DNA of 64,000 bases from Podarcis muralis (taxonomy: Eukaryota): contig NC_135664.1 in the NCBI RefSeq assembly GCF_964188315.1, positions 9,052,001 through 9,116,000 on the forward strand, given 5' to 3'. Below the pieces are notes generated by a model, which searched no databases, was not told where the DNA came from, and was given only the letters and a program-made list of their open reading frames with translations. The translations under genes were made by a program, and so were the position numbers. Shown piece after piece: positions 41,021-53,584 of the stretch. Position 1 is the first letter of the stretch, and each line of letters starts with the position of its first letter.

Positions 41021-42304
41021 TGCCCCTTCTGATACTGTACAATAATCTTACAGTTGTGCAGTAATAACAATTAGGGATGCATTGCAACATTCAGTGCAGA
41101 TCTGTGTGTTGCCTTTCAGCTAGATCCGCTGTTTTCTGTGCACATACATGGGCAAACGATTTGTAGTATCTTCTTTCAGATAGTGTTTTCCATTAGCTTC
41201 CATTGGACGTAACAGAACTTGCAAACCATTATCTTGAAACTGAAGCTCCCTTGTGTTTTCACCGTTCTTAATTGCTTAGTTTTGGAGCATATAGTGGCTT
41301 AAAAGCTCCCCTTTCATGCTCATTGGGTCACTCTCGGATTTGCAGACGAGGGGCCCTGCTGCAGAAATATTAACAGGTCCCCACTATCGCTACACACCAC
41401 TGATTGTACAAGCAGCCTCCTGCCTGGTCAATCTTTGGCTCCAACCCAATGGCTCCAGTGAAGTGAAACTATGCACATGCTTGTGATTTCTTATTTTTCC
41501 GCTGTAGCCACTGAAAGAGCAAGCTGCTTTTGAAAGATAGCTGTTCAGTTCAGCAGTGCAAGTGTCTTTGGCGGACATGAAAATAAGTACATTGCTGTGC
41601 TAAACCTTATTCATGCATCTAAATCTGCTGATTATTGACCACATTCTATTGGTATACACTGCAAAGAAGCCTAATCTAAAATAACCCTCAGACGTACTTA
41701 CTGTATTCAGAATACAAATAAGCATTGACGTTATAGAAGCCTATTTGATTATTATTTTTTAGAATATAAATGCAGAGTGAAAGTATTTAAAGTAAAGGCA
41801 AGAAGGCAGTCTCCGTTTCAGAGACTGTAACTTGCAATAAGACAAATTCGTGGTGTTGTGTAATAATACAGATGGGTAACAATTTTTTATTCATTCCTTA
41901 GTTAAGCTATAGTATATTTTTGCTGGAGAGGAGGGTGGAGGATGTTGGGAAAGGTCACAACTTACTATTCAGTGATAGCGACAAAATGAATTGCAGTGTA
42001 AGCAAAAAATAAAAACCAGAGAGACATAATAGCAGGGGCGGGACGGCGGCAGGGGGACTAGAACAAACAAAAGATCCTGTGGAAAAGTATTGGTGACTAA
42101 TTCCACAAGGCGGCATTTCCACGCATAATTATGCACTTTCATTTGCACGCTTTGTAATCTGCTACTAAAATCGGAGAGCATTTTAATGGTCAGCACTTCT
42201 GATTATGTACAAAACGACATAATATTATGCTTGTGTTTTGTTCTCAGCCCAGTTAACGTTCTAAGAGTTAACCTACTGCTGCCCATATGGTGTTTTGCTA
42301 AGTA

Positions 42305-42564
42305 CCGTATTTTTTGCTCTATAAGACTCACTTTTTCCCTCCTAAAAAGTAAGGGGAAATGTGTGTGTGTCTTATGGAGCGAATGCAGGCTGCGCAGCTA
42401 TCACAGAAGCCAGAACAGCAAGAGGGATTGCTGCTTTCACTACGCAGTGATCGCTCTTGCTGTTCTGGCTTCTGAGATTCAGAATAATTTTTTTCTTGTT
42501 TTCCTCCTCCAAAAACTAGGTGCTTCTTGTGGTCTGGTACGTCTTATAGAGCGAAAAATACGGG
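42305..42564. mobile_element. pogo/Tc2-like MITE
   Basis: TIR ccgtatttttNgctctataagac, TA flanks. Confidence 0.8.
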
Positions 42565-42937
42565 TATATTCACTTCATTGCTTGGAGCTTCTTGCAGATA
42601 TGCCTGTGTTTAAAATATTTTGATAGGATCAGATAAGTGTGCAGGCCTTCAGAGTAGTGTTACAAGATACAGCTATACTTCCAGCAGCTTCTATAAAGAA
42701 ACAAAAATAGGTCAGTTTTGGTCTTCTGCCCGAGATGAAATTCATCAGCTGATACACTCGTGATTTTCATTTTGTTTTGTGCAGCTATGTTCACCATTGT
42801 GCCTTGTTAAAATGCTGCGAGCTGCAACTTTCATTTATTTATTCATTTAGAAAGAACTCCCCCCCCCCTGTTCCAGCCAGATGGACGGGGTATAAATAAT
42901 AAATTATTATTGTTATTATTAATATTATTATTATTAG

Positions 42938-43429
<492 letters not shown>

Positions 43430-43821
43430 TAAAGAGAGGCATGTGTTCCTCATATAATTGATTTTTTTAAATTAAAAAACACCCCCATATGCTTCAGAGT
43501 GGAACAAGTGGGTACTTGGTTGACACCAACAAAGTTTAGTTTACATTCTGGAAACTCCAATGTTTCCTCTAAGCCAGATAAGCTAATTCATATCAGTTTC
43601 TGCTAGCTCCAGACACCTAAGTAGTCATTTCCTGACAGACAGAGCTTGTGACTTTTTCCAGCTATGGGTCCACACTGTCCTTTCTGCTCTTGGCAAAAGC
43701 CTGATTAAAAATATCAGGTTTGCAGGGATATGCTTCGCAAGCCAGTGAAATAAGAACGACACAGGGGAGAGAGTGAATCCTGCTGTATGCTATTATTAAT
43801 TTGTCTCTGAAAATCATAAAT

Positions 43822-43957
43822 CAGGCATGGCCAAACTTGGCCCTCCAGATGTTTTGGGACTACAGTTCCCATCAACCCTGACCACTGGTCCTGTTAGCTA
43901 GGGATGATGGGAGTTGTAGTCCCAAAACATCTGGAGGGCCAAGTTTGGCCATGCCTG
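43822..43957. mobile_element. Fold-back hAT MITE, 136 bp
   Basis: Near-perfect palindrome with 8-bp TSD tcat(a/g)aat. Relatives at about 50740-50870 and 57765-57871. Confidence 0.85.
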
Positions 43958-43996
43958 TCATGAATGATCTGGCACTCCCACCACATATGTAATATA

Positions 43997-44222
43997 CAGT
44001 GGAACCTCGGGTTACAAACACTTAGGGTTACAGACTCTGCTAACCCGGAAGTAGTACTTTGGGTTAAGAACTTTACCTCAGGATGAGAACAGAAATCACG
44101 TGGTGGCACCGCGGCAGCAGCGGGAGGCCCCATTAGCTAAAGTGGTACTTCAGGTTAAGAACAGTTTCAGGTTAAGAACGGACCTCCAGAACGAATTAAG
44201 TTTATAACCAGAGGTACCACTG
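43997..44222. mobile_element. MITE family A
   Basis: TIR and TA TSD. Confidence 0.86.
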
Positions 44223-44654
44223 TATGTGCATTTGTGGCACATTTGAAACCAGTGAACCTCTGGGTAGATTTTATGTAACCTGGCCAGAATTAAGGACCAG
44301 AGTAGTAACAGTTTATACTAAACCTCGCTTGCTGATAAACTTATTGGAGACCTTCTCACAGAGCCCCGAATCTTGACTCATTTCTGCTCAGAAATGCTAA
44401 AATCCAGGACTTGTGTCTGATGTAGTGCTTTAATCAGTGTAAGGATTCACTTTTTGCTCACTCTCTCCTTCCCCCCTTTCCTTCTAAATCTGTTCCAGTG
44501 GTTCCCCAACCTCTGCAGCAGACTTGGGGATGGAGGGCACAAACACAAATCCTTGCACTAACGGGTTTCTTTTTCACCCTGCTTTAGCCATCAAGTCATT
44601 TTACTTAGATCCATCAACAATGTGTAATTTGTGGTTGTCTTTATCATCCGTTAG

Positions 44655-44864
<210 letters not shown>

Positions 44865-45203
44865 TGAAAAATGTTGTATGTATCATACTCTGTCTACAAA
44901 GGCTCTTGGCCATTGTTCAACTCCTTGTTTCACAAGTATAGGGGCTTCCTCAAGTTAGTAATGCACAGAGGCAGAGGGAGTGCAGACTTCAGGTTTGTGA
45001 GATCTACTAGGTTGGGTTGTGTGTGTGTGTGTGTGTGTGTGTGTTTTACTGGAACCCAAAGGTTTGCCAACTAAAACTAGGTGTGAAAGACATTCAGCTA
45101 CAATTAAAGAACAGGGCATGCCTAAGCACAATTTGAACTACGAAATTTATTTTCACTACCAGTATTGAACTAAGAACAAAACATACGTATGCATGTATTT
45201 CAT

Positions 45204-45244
<41 letters not shown>

Positions 45245-45584
45245 TTGATTTTATAGCTGCAAACTGCTTAGAAGCTGTTTTGGCATATAAACGGCATAAA
45301 CAAGTAAACAAAAACAAAAAAACTCACACAAAAGTCTTCATTTCAGCAGCCTAATTTAGATGTAAAATGTTGCTTTGTTTGTTACTATTGTTAATCAAGA
45401 GAGAATTGGAAACCCTTTCCAATCTATTGCAAGTTGCCCAGAGATCCCCAGTGGATCCCTATCTATATTCTGCCCATTCCCAAACATAGATAATTTGAGT
45501 AAAACTGAACTGTTCCCCTCCCCCCCCCAGTACATTCTGCGAACTAACCCTTTCTTGTACACATTCAGTAATAATGTTAATCAT

Positions 45585-45808
45585 AATTTATTATTTCTAC
45601 CCCGCCCATCTGGCTGGGTTTCCCCAGCTACTCTGGGCGCCTTCCAACAGAAGGTTAAAAATACATTAAAACACCAGTCATTAAAAACTTCCTTAAACAG
45701 GGCTGCCTTCAGATGTCTTCTAAATGTCAGATAGTTGTTTATTTCTTTGACATCTGATGGGTGGGCACCACTACCAAGAAGGCCCTCTGCCTGATTCCCT
45801 GTAACTTA
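45585..45808 (-). mobile_element. L2/CR1-clade LINE 3' fragment
   Basis: Shares ctgggtttccccagc...aaacagggctgccttcagatgtc with the copy at 50895. Confidence 0.65.
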
Positions 45809-46111
45809 CCACTGATTTGTCTATATAAATCCATATTTCCTGTCCCAATACATTTTGGGAGTGAAGATCTACATCAGGCACAAGGGGAGAGTGCAGCGAC
45901 AGAAACAGTAGGCAATGCATTCCTTGGAAGCTGGTTCTGCTGCCCCTGTGGATTGTGCCACCTGAGGCGTCATCTCACTTTGCCTCATGGGTGGGCCAGT
46001 CCTCCCTTGCCAAACTGCCTGTGGACATTTAATTTCCCCTCCTGAATATTAAATGCTGGTCCCCATGCAATCCTGATAACAACATTTTGTGTCTGTCTGC
46101 CATTCTAATAA

Positions 46112-46261
<150 letters not shown>

Positions 46262-46983
46262 TAGAATGTATAATCTATGCGTAGCTCTATCAGTCTATGT
46301 GCTTAAAATGTATTGTCTATATGTGTAACCTGGTAGGACTCTTGTTAGTGGTTCAGCACACACCATGGCTCTAAAAAGCATTGTTCTTCATCCCAAGGTT
46401 ATTTCTAATGACCCTGAACAGCAGTTGTCCAATAATTAAATAGCTGACTTTCTAGAAAGTATAATTAGAACAGAACATTATCAGTTCCTGTATTTGAGCT
46501 GCATTAAATTGCATTCACATAGCTCTGTGAGCATTTTCCACCGGATCTTCGGTTAATCTGTATTTGGTATCAGAGTGGGACACACCAAAGGACCCCCCCC
46601 TTTTTTTTGCCTTATTCTTATCGCTAGTGAGTGTATGACCTTGCTTGGAAATGTTAGACCATGATTTAGCAATCTGTGACTGTAGCTGCTCATGTGCTCA
46701 TACGTCCCCTTTCCTCATTTAGTATGGCCTCAAGGAGAAGGATAGAAGCTTTTGATTCCATTTTTAGCTAACCACAGTTAGCGCTGAGTTCAAACCTAGA
46801 CAAACTGTGGTTAGTTGACTATTGGTTTACTGGACTGAGAAAATTTCAAATCAAGATTTATGACATCGGCTTGTTTCAGTAGCCTTCAGCTAAGACTGAG
46901 AACCATATTTGAGCATTATATCTGAACCAGATCACATGCACCCGTAAATGTATTCCCTTATTGCCCACTGTGAATCTAATGAA

Positions 46984-47122
46984 AGCTGTTGGTAGAGCAC
47001 GAGACTCTTAATCTCAGGGTTGTGGGTTGGATCCCCACGTTGGGCAAAAGATTTCTGCATTGCAAGGGATTAGATTAGATAATATTTGTGGTTCCTTCCA
47101 ACTCTACAATTCTATGATTCTA
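46984..47122 (+). mobile_element. tRNA(Lys-like)-head / CR1-tail SINE
   Basis: gttggtagagcacgagactcttaatctcagggttgtggg head and actctacaattctatgattcta tail. Not a functional tRNA. Confidence 0.75.
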
Positions 47123-47278
47123 TAAAATAAGCTTATTAGTCTTTAAGTTGTGTTGCTGCGGCTGTAATACATTGGCAAGAAAGTACATTGGTACAAGGTG
47201 CTTAAACATCACATGTGAAAACATCTGGTGTTAATACAATATTGCTTACATGTGGCACCCCAGGAACCCATTTTAATA

Positions 47279-47520
47279 GAGTGGTACCTCAGGTTACATA
47301 TGCTTCAGGTTACATACGCTTCAGGTTACAGACTCCGCTAACCCGGAAATAGTACCTCGGGTTAAGAACTTTGCTTCAGGATGAGAACAGAAATTGTGCT
47401 TTGGCAGCACGGCTGCAGCGGGAGGCCCCATTAACTAAAGTGGTACCTCAGGTTAAGAACAGTTTCAGGTTAAGAACGGACCTCCGGAACGAATTAAGTA
47501 CTTAACCTGAGGTACCACTG
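47279..47520. mobile_element. MITE family A
   Basis: TIR (first base mutated) and TA TSD. Confidence 0.86.
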
Positions 47521-47655
47521 TATTTTTATTTTATTTTTAAAAAATGTTTGTGTGAAGCAGTTTGCTAGAACCTTGACTATTCTTTTAGAAAAATATTTAA
47601 CAAAAACGTATACTGACATTTTCCGTTTCCGCTTTCGTTTATGTTCTGTGCCCAG

Positions 47656-47859
47656 GGCAAAACTACTGGAAAGTGAGGCAGTGAATGAAAACCTTCGGCG
47701 CAACTTGTCGAGAGCCTCAACGAGGTCCACGTACTTTGGTGGCCCCTCTGCGTTTTCTGCTTCGATGCTTCCCTCCGATAAAGAGACAATCGAGATTATT
47801 GACTTAGCGAAAAAAGACTTGGAAAAACTGAAGAAAAAAGAAAAGAAGAAGAAGAAGAG
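47656..47859 (+). CDS. KIF21A: KIF21A exon 11 ([11 protein letters not shown]...KKEKKKKKR)
   Basis: ccag acceptor, gtacca donor, 204 nt. Confidence 0.96.
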
Positions 47860-48164
47860 GTACCATTTAAAACTACGTTTGCAAAGAATGCTGTCTGTTT
47901 TAACCAGGGAACAGTTAATTGTGAGATGAAGAAAAGTCCTCCTTTGCAATAACTGCCACATAAATCCTGCACACACTTAGCCAAGTCTTCATCTCTACAG
48001 TCTGCAGCTATGGCCTGGTTTGCATGTAATGTTGAACCATGGTTAACACTACATACGCTAGCTAAAATGAGTCTGAGCATAGCGTTGGGCTTGTTTGCTC
48101 CCATCTCCCCTTCTTCTCCCATGCAGCTGGGAGAATGACTTTTCTAGTGTTTAGTTTCACTTCA

Positions 48165-48420
48165 AAGAAGAAGAAGAGGAAGAAGAGTTTGGATTTGATA
48201 TCCCGCCTTTCACTCCCTTTAAGGAGTCTCAAAGCGGCTAACATTCTCCTTTCCCTTCCTCCCCTACAACAAACACTCTGTGAGGTGAGTGGGGCTGAGA
48301 GACTTCAAAGAAGTGTGACTAGCCCAAGGTCACCCAGCAGCTGCATGCGGAGGAGCAGGGAAGCGAACCCGGTTCCCCAGATTACGAGACTACCGCTCTT
48401 AACCACTACACCACACTGGC
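48165..48420 (-). mobile_element. MIR/Ther1-derived squamate SINE (Squam3-like)
   Basis: Near-identical to 38876-39121. Confidence 0.8.
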
Positions 48421-49849
48421 TCTCTGGCGTGTTATGTACAAACCCATGATGGTTTGAAGCAAACCCTGGTTAACGTCTAAACAAGATAACATCAGACCAT
48501 GGGTTGTGAAACTGGCTTGTTAAACTAAGCAGAGTTCATTTTAAACTACAACCTTTTGTTCATACATTACAATAAGCTAGGATTCTTTGAAGTGAAACTA
48601 AGTGCAACGAAGTTTTTCTGCCAGCTGAGAAGGGAATGTGCAAACCTGAAGCTTTTGTCAGGCTCATTCTCTTTTGCGCATGTAGTTCCAAATCATGGTT
48701 TAGTGTTGCATGTGAACTAGCTCAGTGGATTATGTACATATTCTTACTTGGAAGAGAATACTGAGCTAAGAATGTTTTGGAAGCTCCAGTTAAAAATAAA
48801 AGTTCTACTAGGTATAGTGTAGTTGCTTAATTTGAAAGACACATATAGCAGCCATTGAGATTTACATTGGTTATTGTTAAAATGGCTTGTTTTTCTTTCT
48901 TCATATGCCTGACTTGCAACATCACTGCATTTCCATACTCCCTTTGATTTCCCACTTAACTTCTAATCCTCCCAAATCTTCCATCAACCACTAGATTATT
49001 TTAGGCTGTGTTAATAAGTAGAACAAGTAACAAGTAACTATAAGCAGTTCCCCTACAGGTAGACAGTTGTCCTTCATTTCCTATTTAATGACACATTGTG
49101 TTTTATCTATGTGCAACAATCTTACAGTGAAACAAATACATCAGTCAGAGCAAACACATTCATTTTCTGTTTGATGAGTGTATTCTGCTTGCTAACTGGC
49201 TGGTTTTTTTGTTGGCTAAATATAAAATATAACAGCTGGTTGCTGTGGAAGTAGCAGCCTAAGATGAAGACCTTATTGAGAGGTCTTCCCTCAAATATGG
49301 TGATTATCTCTAGGAGGTATCCTAAACTGGGTCATTAGTCTCTCTATGTGTCTTGGCCATTTTCTTCTATAGCCAGGAAACAGATCTAAACTCCAGAACT
49401 TCATTTGACTTAGTTTTACATGACTGAAGATAAGCCATTTAAACCTGCTTTTCGTTTAATTCATAATCATTATCAACCTTTGATTGAAACTCCTCAGTGT
49501 CTTTAATTTCCCCCTGCCCCTTATAATGGTAACTGAGGAAAGAAAAGATAGACTTGGTTAGTTTTCAGTTAAATCCTAATTCTCAGGTCAAGTTCACAGG
49601 ACGTGACAACTCTGCATAAGTGTATAAGGATAACTGAACTAGGAAGTTGTGTCAGAAAAGCACAATTTACTTGTAGCCCAGTTTTGTATTTTAGTATTGT
49701 GACCGCGTCTCTGAGATACAGAGCAAAATCATTGTGCCTGTCACCTTATCGCTGAACTTTGATGTATGGCTGCAGTTTCAGGCTTCCCCTTGGAGAAACA
49801 TAGATGTCCTTGGAAGCTTATCAGGTTTTTCCCCCAGTAATAAGATTTG

Positions 49850-50180
49850 CATGATCTGAAAAGGCCTCTTGTTCACCACAAACACTATGTTCCTAAAACA
49901 TGTTGTGGTGCTGATACCTGTTGGAACTCTGTAAGGTCCAACAAATTTCTCAGTTGCCTCGCTCACAATTTCATTTCCCAGAAGGTGGAAGAAGCAGCAA
50001 GGGGGTTATCTGTCTTGGATCTGGTCCTCACCAACAGGGAGGAACTGATTGGCAAAGTGAAAGTACAGGGAACCTTGGGTGCAAGTGATCATGGTTTTTT
50101 TGAGTTTCGTTATACAGAAGCAAGGGAAAATGGAGTGTAGTCGGACGTGCGCTCTGGACTTTAATGAGGCTGCTTTCAAA
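49850..50180 (+). mobile_element. Old CR1 endonuclease-domain fragment
   Basis: [21 protein letters not shown]...LGASDH, including the SDH motif. Confidence 0.75.
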
Positions 50181-50894
50181 AAATCCAATGGTCAGAGAAA
50201 AAGAGGTGGACAGACAAACCACAAAAGCACTGTGGTCAAGGCTGGGGTGGCATGCAAGGAAAGGTTTGCAATGCAGAGGAAAACCAATTTACTTCCCTAA
50301 TGGTTTGGAGCGGGGAACCTCCGGCCTTCAGGCCAATCTTGGACTGCCAGAGAGTCATTTCCCTCAAAACATAGCCACCTGTCAGTCAGCAGGGAACAGG
50401 TGCTCACAGCCAAAGCAGTAAGTGGGGGTGAAAACCTGCTCAGTTTGGCTGCGTCCCAATTGTGGTCTACAGAAGTAGTCTACAGAATGCAGGGTTCTTT
50501 CTCCATCATCTGATGGGCAGGAAGTGGGGAGAAGGAAGTGCTTTGCTAGTCATACACTTGGCACTTCTTAAAAGTGATGAGCGCAGAACTGGCAACGCCG
50601 CTTGTTCTGCAGTTCCCAACACCCAGCTGTCAGTCATGTGATTGATAGGTGAGTTGTCAACGTTGGCAGAGATTGAAAAGGTTGCCTAGGCTTACTGTCA
50701 TCTGGACGTGCATTTCTGCAGTATTTGTACTCTTCTTTTTCCTAAGGTCGTTTGTTGTAGTTTCTTTTTGGACTACAATTCCCATCATCCCTTGCCACTG
50801 GTCTTGCTAGTCAGGGATGATGGGAGTTGTAGTCCAAAAACAGCTGGAGGCCCAAGGTTGGGAAACACTGGTCTAGAGAGCAATGGAAATAATC

Positions 50895-51295
50895 AAAATA
50901 AAATAATAATTTAGTATTTATACCCCGCCCATCTCGCTGGGTTTCCCCAGCCACTCTGGGTGGCTTCCAACAAAATATTAAAATACAGTAGTCCTTCAGA
51001 TATTAAAAGCTTCCCTAAACAGGGCTACCTTCAGATGTCTCCTAAAAGTCTGGTAGTTGTTTTTTCCTTTGACATCTGGTGGGAGGGTGTTCCACAGGGC
51101 GGGCGCCACTCCCGAGAAGGCCCTCTGCCTGGTTCCCTGTAACTTCGCTTCTCGCAGTGAGGGAACCGCCAGAAGGCCCTCAGAGCTGGATCTCAGCAGA
51201 ACGATGGGAGTGGAGAGGCTTCTTCAGGTATACTGGACTGAGGCTGTTTAGGGCTTTAAAGGTCAGCACCAACACTTTGAATTGTGCTCGGAAAC
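50895..51295 (-). mobile_element. L2/CR1-clade LINE 3' fragment
   Basis: Reverse complement of the family at 37609-38222. Confidence 0.7.
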
Positions 51296-51995
51296 AGTTT
51301 TAGCAACCTGCTTTTAAAAATATTTAGCCAGAAATAAGAGGTATTTTACACTGCAAGTTAAAATGATACGGTAAATGCTTAGAGCTTAATGAGTTTTGGA
51401 AGATTCTTCCAAAATACCTATATCTTTCTCAGCTAAGGTATTAAAAAATTCCGCATTGTTATCATTAGCTACTGCATATTCCATTATATTCTCCATTTCA
51501 AATTGGCCTATAATTTCAGTACCATATTAAGATTTCAGCAGTCTCAAACTTAATCATGCACATAGGTCTCCGCTGCTAAGGTGCTTACATCTAATACAGA
51601 AGAATTTCTCCTTTTCATTTCTTCTGGGATGTGTTTTTCATTTTTCTAACAAGCACTAATGGTCATATAATGAATTCTAAAAAAAATTATCTCAGCATTA
51701 TAACGATGTAAAGAGTTGGGGGTTTTCAGAATGCATGGTGGAGTAAGTTTTTAAAGTGTGTGTGTTTCAAAATCTTAGAGCTCAATTCTCATAATATGGT
51801 AGTCATCCATTCTCACAATGTGGTTTAAAGACAGCACTTCCTGAAACTGAAAACATGTGTAACCTGTCCATTAACTAAATTTTCCTGCAGAAGGAAATGT
51901 CCAGTTTGCAAACCGTTATAACCGCCCGCCCAATATGATAAAATTGTCCTTTTTTAAAAAACAACAACAACCCAAACAAAAACACCAAACAAAAT

Positions 51996-52203
51996 AAAAA
52001 AATTCCTTCCAGTAGCACCTTAAAGACCAACTAAGTTAGTTCTTGGTATGAGCTTTCGTGTGCATGCACACTTCTTCAGATACCAAGTGTGCATGCACAC
52101 GAAAGCTCATACCAAGAACTAACTTAGTTGGTCTTTAAGGTGCTACTGGAAGGAATTTTTTTGTTTCGACTATGGCAGACCAACACGGCTACCTATCTGT
52201 AAC
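51996..52203. mobile_element. Penelope-like element terminal (pLTR) fragment in inverted configuration
   Basis: Perfect inverted arms 51996-52073 and 52085-52162 (78 bp) around an 11-nt loop. Contains gaaagctcatacc...gtctttaaggtgctactgg, resembling reptile Penelope termini. Confidence 0.75.
52045..52084 (-). ncRNA. Minimal type I hammerhead ribozyme motif
   Basis: Minus strand reads GGUAU-CUGAAGA-A-GUGUGCAUGCACAC-GAAA-GC-UC-AUACC: 5-bp helix I, intact core, helix II and minimal helix III. Confidence 0.75.
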
Positions 52204-52215
52204 CAAACAAAATAG

Positions 52216-52265
<50 letters not shown>
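52216..52265. repeat. (TA)n microsatellite (second block at 52544-52587)
   Basis: Direct reading. Confidence 0.95.
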
Positions 52266-52270
<5 letters not shown>

Positions 52271-52315
52271 GGTTTTGGTGTCCTCGGGTGTCTTCCCGTG
52301 TAAAAGTTGGGGTGT

Positions 52316-52360
52316 CTAGGCGACGTTTCGACGAGGTCTCACTCGTCATCTTCAGGCTGG
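52316..52360 (-). ncRNA. Mirror-image hammerhead motif in the left palindrome arm
   Basis: Exact reverse complement of 52421-52465. Confidence 0.65.
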
Positions 52361-52420
52361 TGCTTTCGGCTTCTTGTTACTGGAACAGAGCTCTGTTCCA
52401 GTAACAAGAAGCCGAAAGCA

Positions 52421-52465
52421 CCAGCCTGAAGATGACGAGTGAGACCTCGTCGAAACGTCGCCTAG
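52421..52465 (+). ncRNA. Minimal hammerhead ribozyme motif (sense to KIF21A)
   Basis: CCAGC-CUGAAGA-U-GACGAG-ugagac-CUCGUC-GAAA-CG-UC-GCCUAG. Predicted cleavage after 52459. Helix I is only about 2-3 bp. Confidence 0.65.
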
Positions 52466-52541
52466 ACACCCCAACTTTTACACGGGAAGACACCCGAGGA
52501 CACCAAAACCTGCATTCCTGTACCCGTGAAAATCTACGAAA

Positions 52542-52590
<49 letters not shown>

Positions 52591-53348
52591 ATTTAGTCTG
52601 CTGTTCTTCCAAAGAACTTTGAAAAAAACTCGCAGCTAAAGGACGTAGTTTCGCTACTAAAGCTGATGGTGTGCTTTCAGGAGGCAGTTGTGATAGGAGC
52701 AAACAAGCCAGCTTGTTTGGCAGTAAATGATGGCAGTAAATGGCTTCCTCCTATTGAAAATGCATGGATAGATGCATCACCCCTAGGAAGCCGGATTCCT
52801 GTGCAGCTTATGTTCATTTCAGTGGGACCTGCACAGGAAACCTTCCCTGTATGCAGGATCTGTTCTGTTTTCTATGAATTTTCCAGCTGTCGTTCCCTCT
52901 ATATCCAATATCCAAGCTGTTAAGTTCTGCCTTCACCAACAGACAAGAGAAAGTTAGCAGCAGGCTTGGGAAAACCCGATTGTTTTCAGGAGTACAAAAT
53001 AGGTTTAGGCCACAGAATGCTGAATGAATGTTTCCGGAGGGACTGAAAACAGTGGGGGACAGACAAGGTGCATGGAATGTAGCGTACGGAGTCCTGAAGA
53101 GGGAGGCCTCTGCGCTGCAACATCTTGTTGCAGGGTCCCATTTGTGACGAATGTATTGCGTTTTTACAACTTGTGATCTTTTGACAGTGTATTTTTCCTT
53201 TTCAAAGAAAAAAAAAAAGAAAATCATTTGAAATCCACAAGCTCATGTGTCATCTTTTCTTAATCTTCTTGTCGCTCTCGCTTTCCACTGTCTGGTTTGT
53301 CCTTCATTGGCTTGGCCCTTCCAATACTGCACCCTCCTGCTTTTGAAG

Positions 53349-53387
53349 GCTGCAGAAACTTGAGGAAAGCAGTCAAGAAGAAAGAAG
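53349..53387 (+). CDS. KIF21A: KIF21A 39-nt cassette exon 12 (LQKLEESSQEER)
   Basis: Long pyrimidine tract with aag acceptor and gttgga donor. Symmetric phase 2-2. Resembles human RLQKLEESNREERS as I recall it. Confidence 0.9.
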
Positions 53388-53552
53388 GTTGGAATGTTTC
53401 ACAGGTTTTTAATTAAACTGTCATTTTTTTTAAGCAAGCAAACAAACCACAAACTATGCCACATAGATCTAACCCTAGAATTTAATCACATGATTGTGGT
53501 TTTTATTTTTTATTGCAAGACTAATTCCCCTCCCTGTTATAGAGTGTGTGTT

Positions 53553-53584
<32 letters not shown>

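Larger units (their letters stand above)
52266..52543. mobile_element. Second Penelope-like (Neptune-type?) pLTR fold-back inserted in (TA)n
   Basis: Spacer-less palindrome 52266-52515 centred on cagag|ctctg, plus a 28-nt sense extension. Flanked by (TA)n on both sides. Confidence 0.7.

Noticed and set aside
46984-47050. Functional tRNA gene (also 2260-2325 and 25430-25491)
   Set aside because: Incomplete cloverleaf fused to a CR1-like tail, so these are SINE heads.
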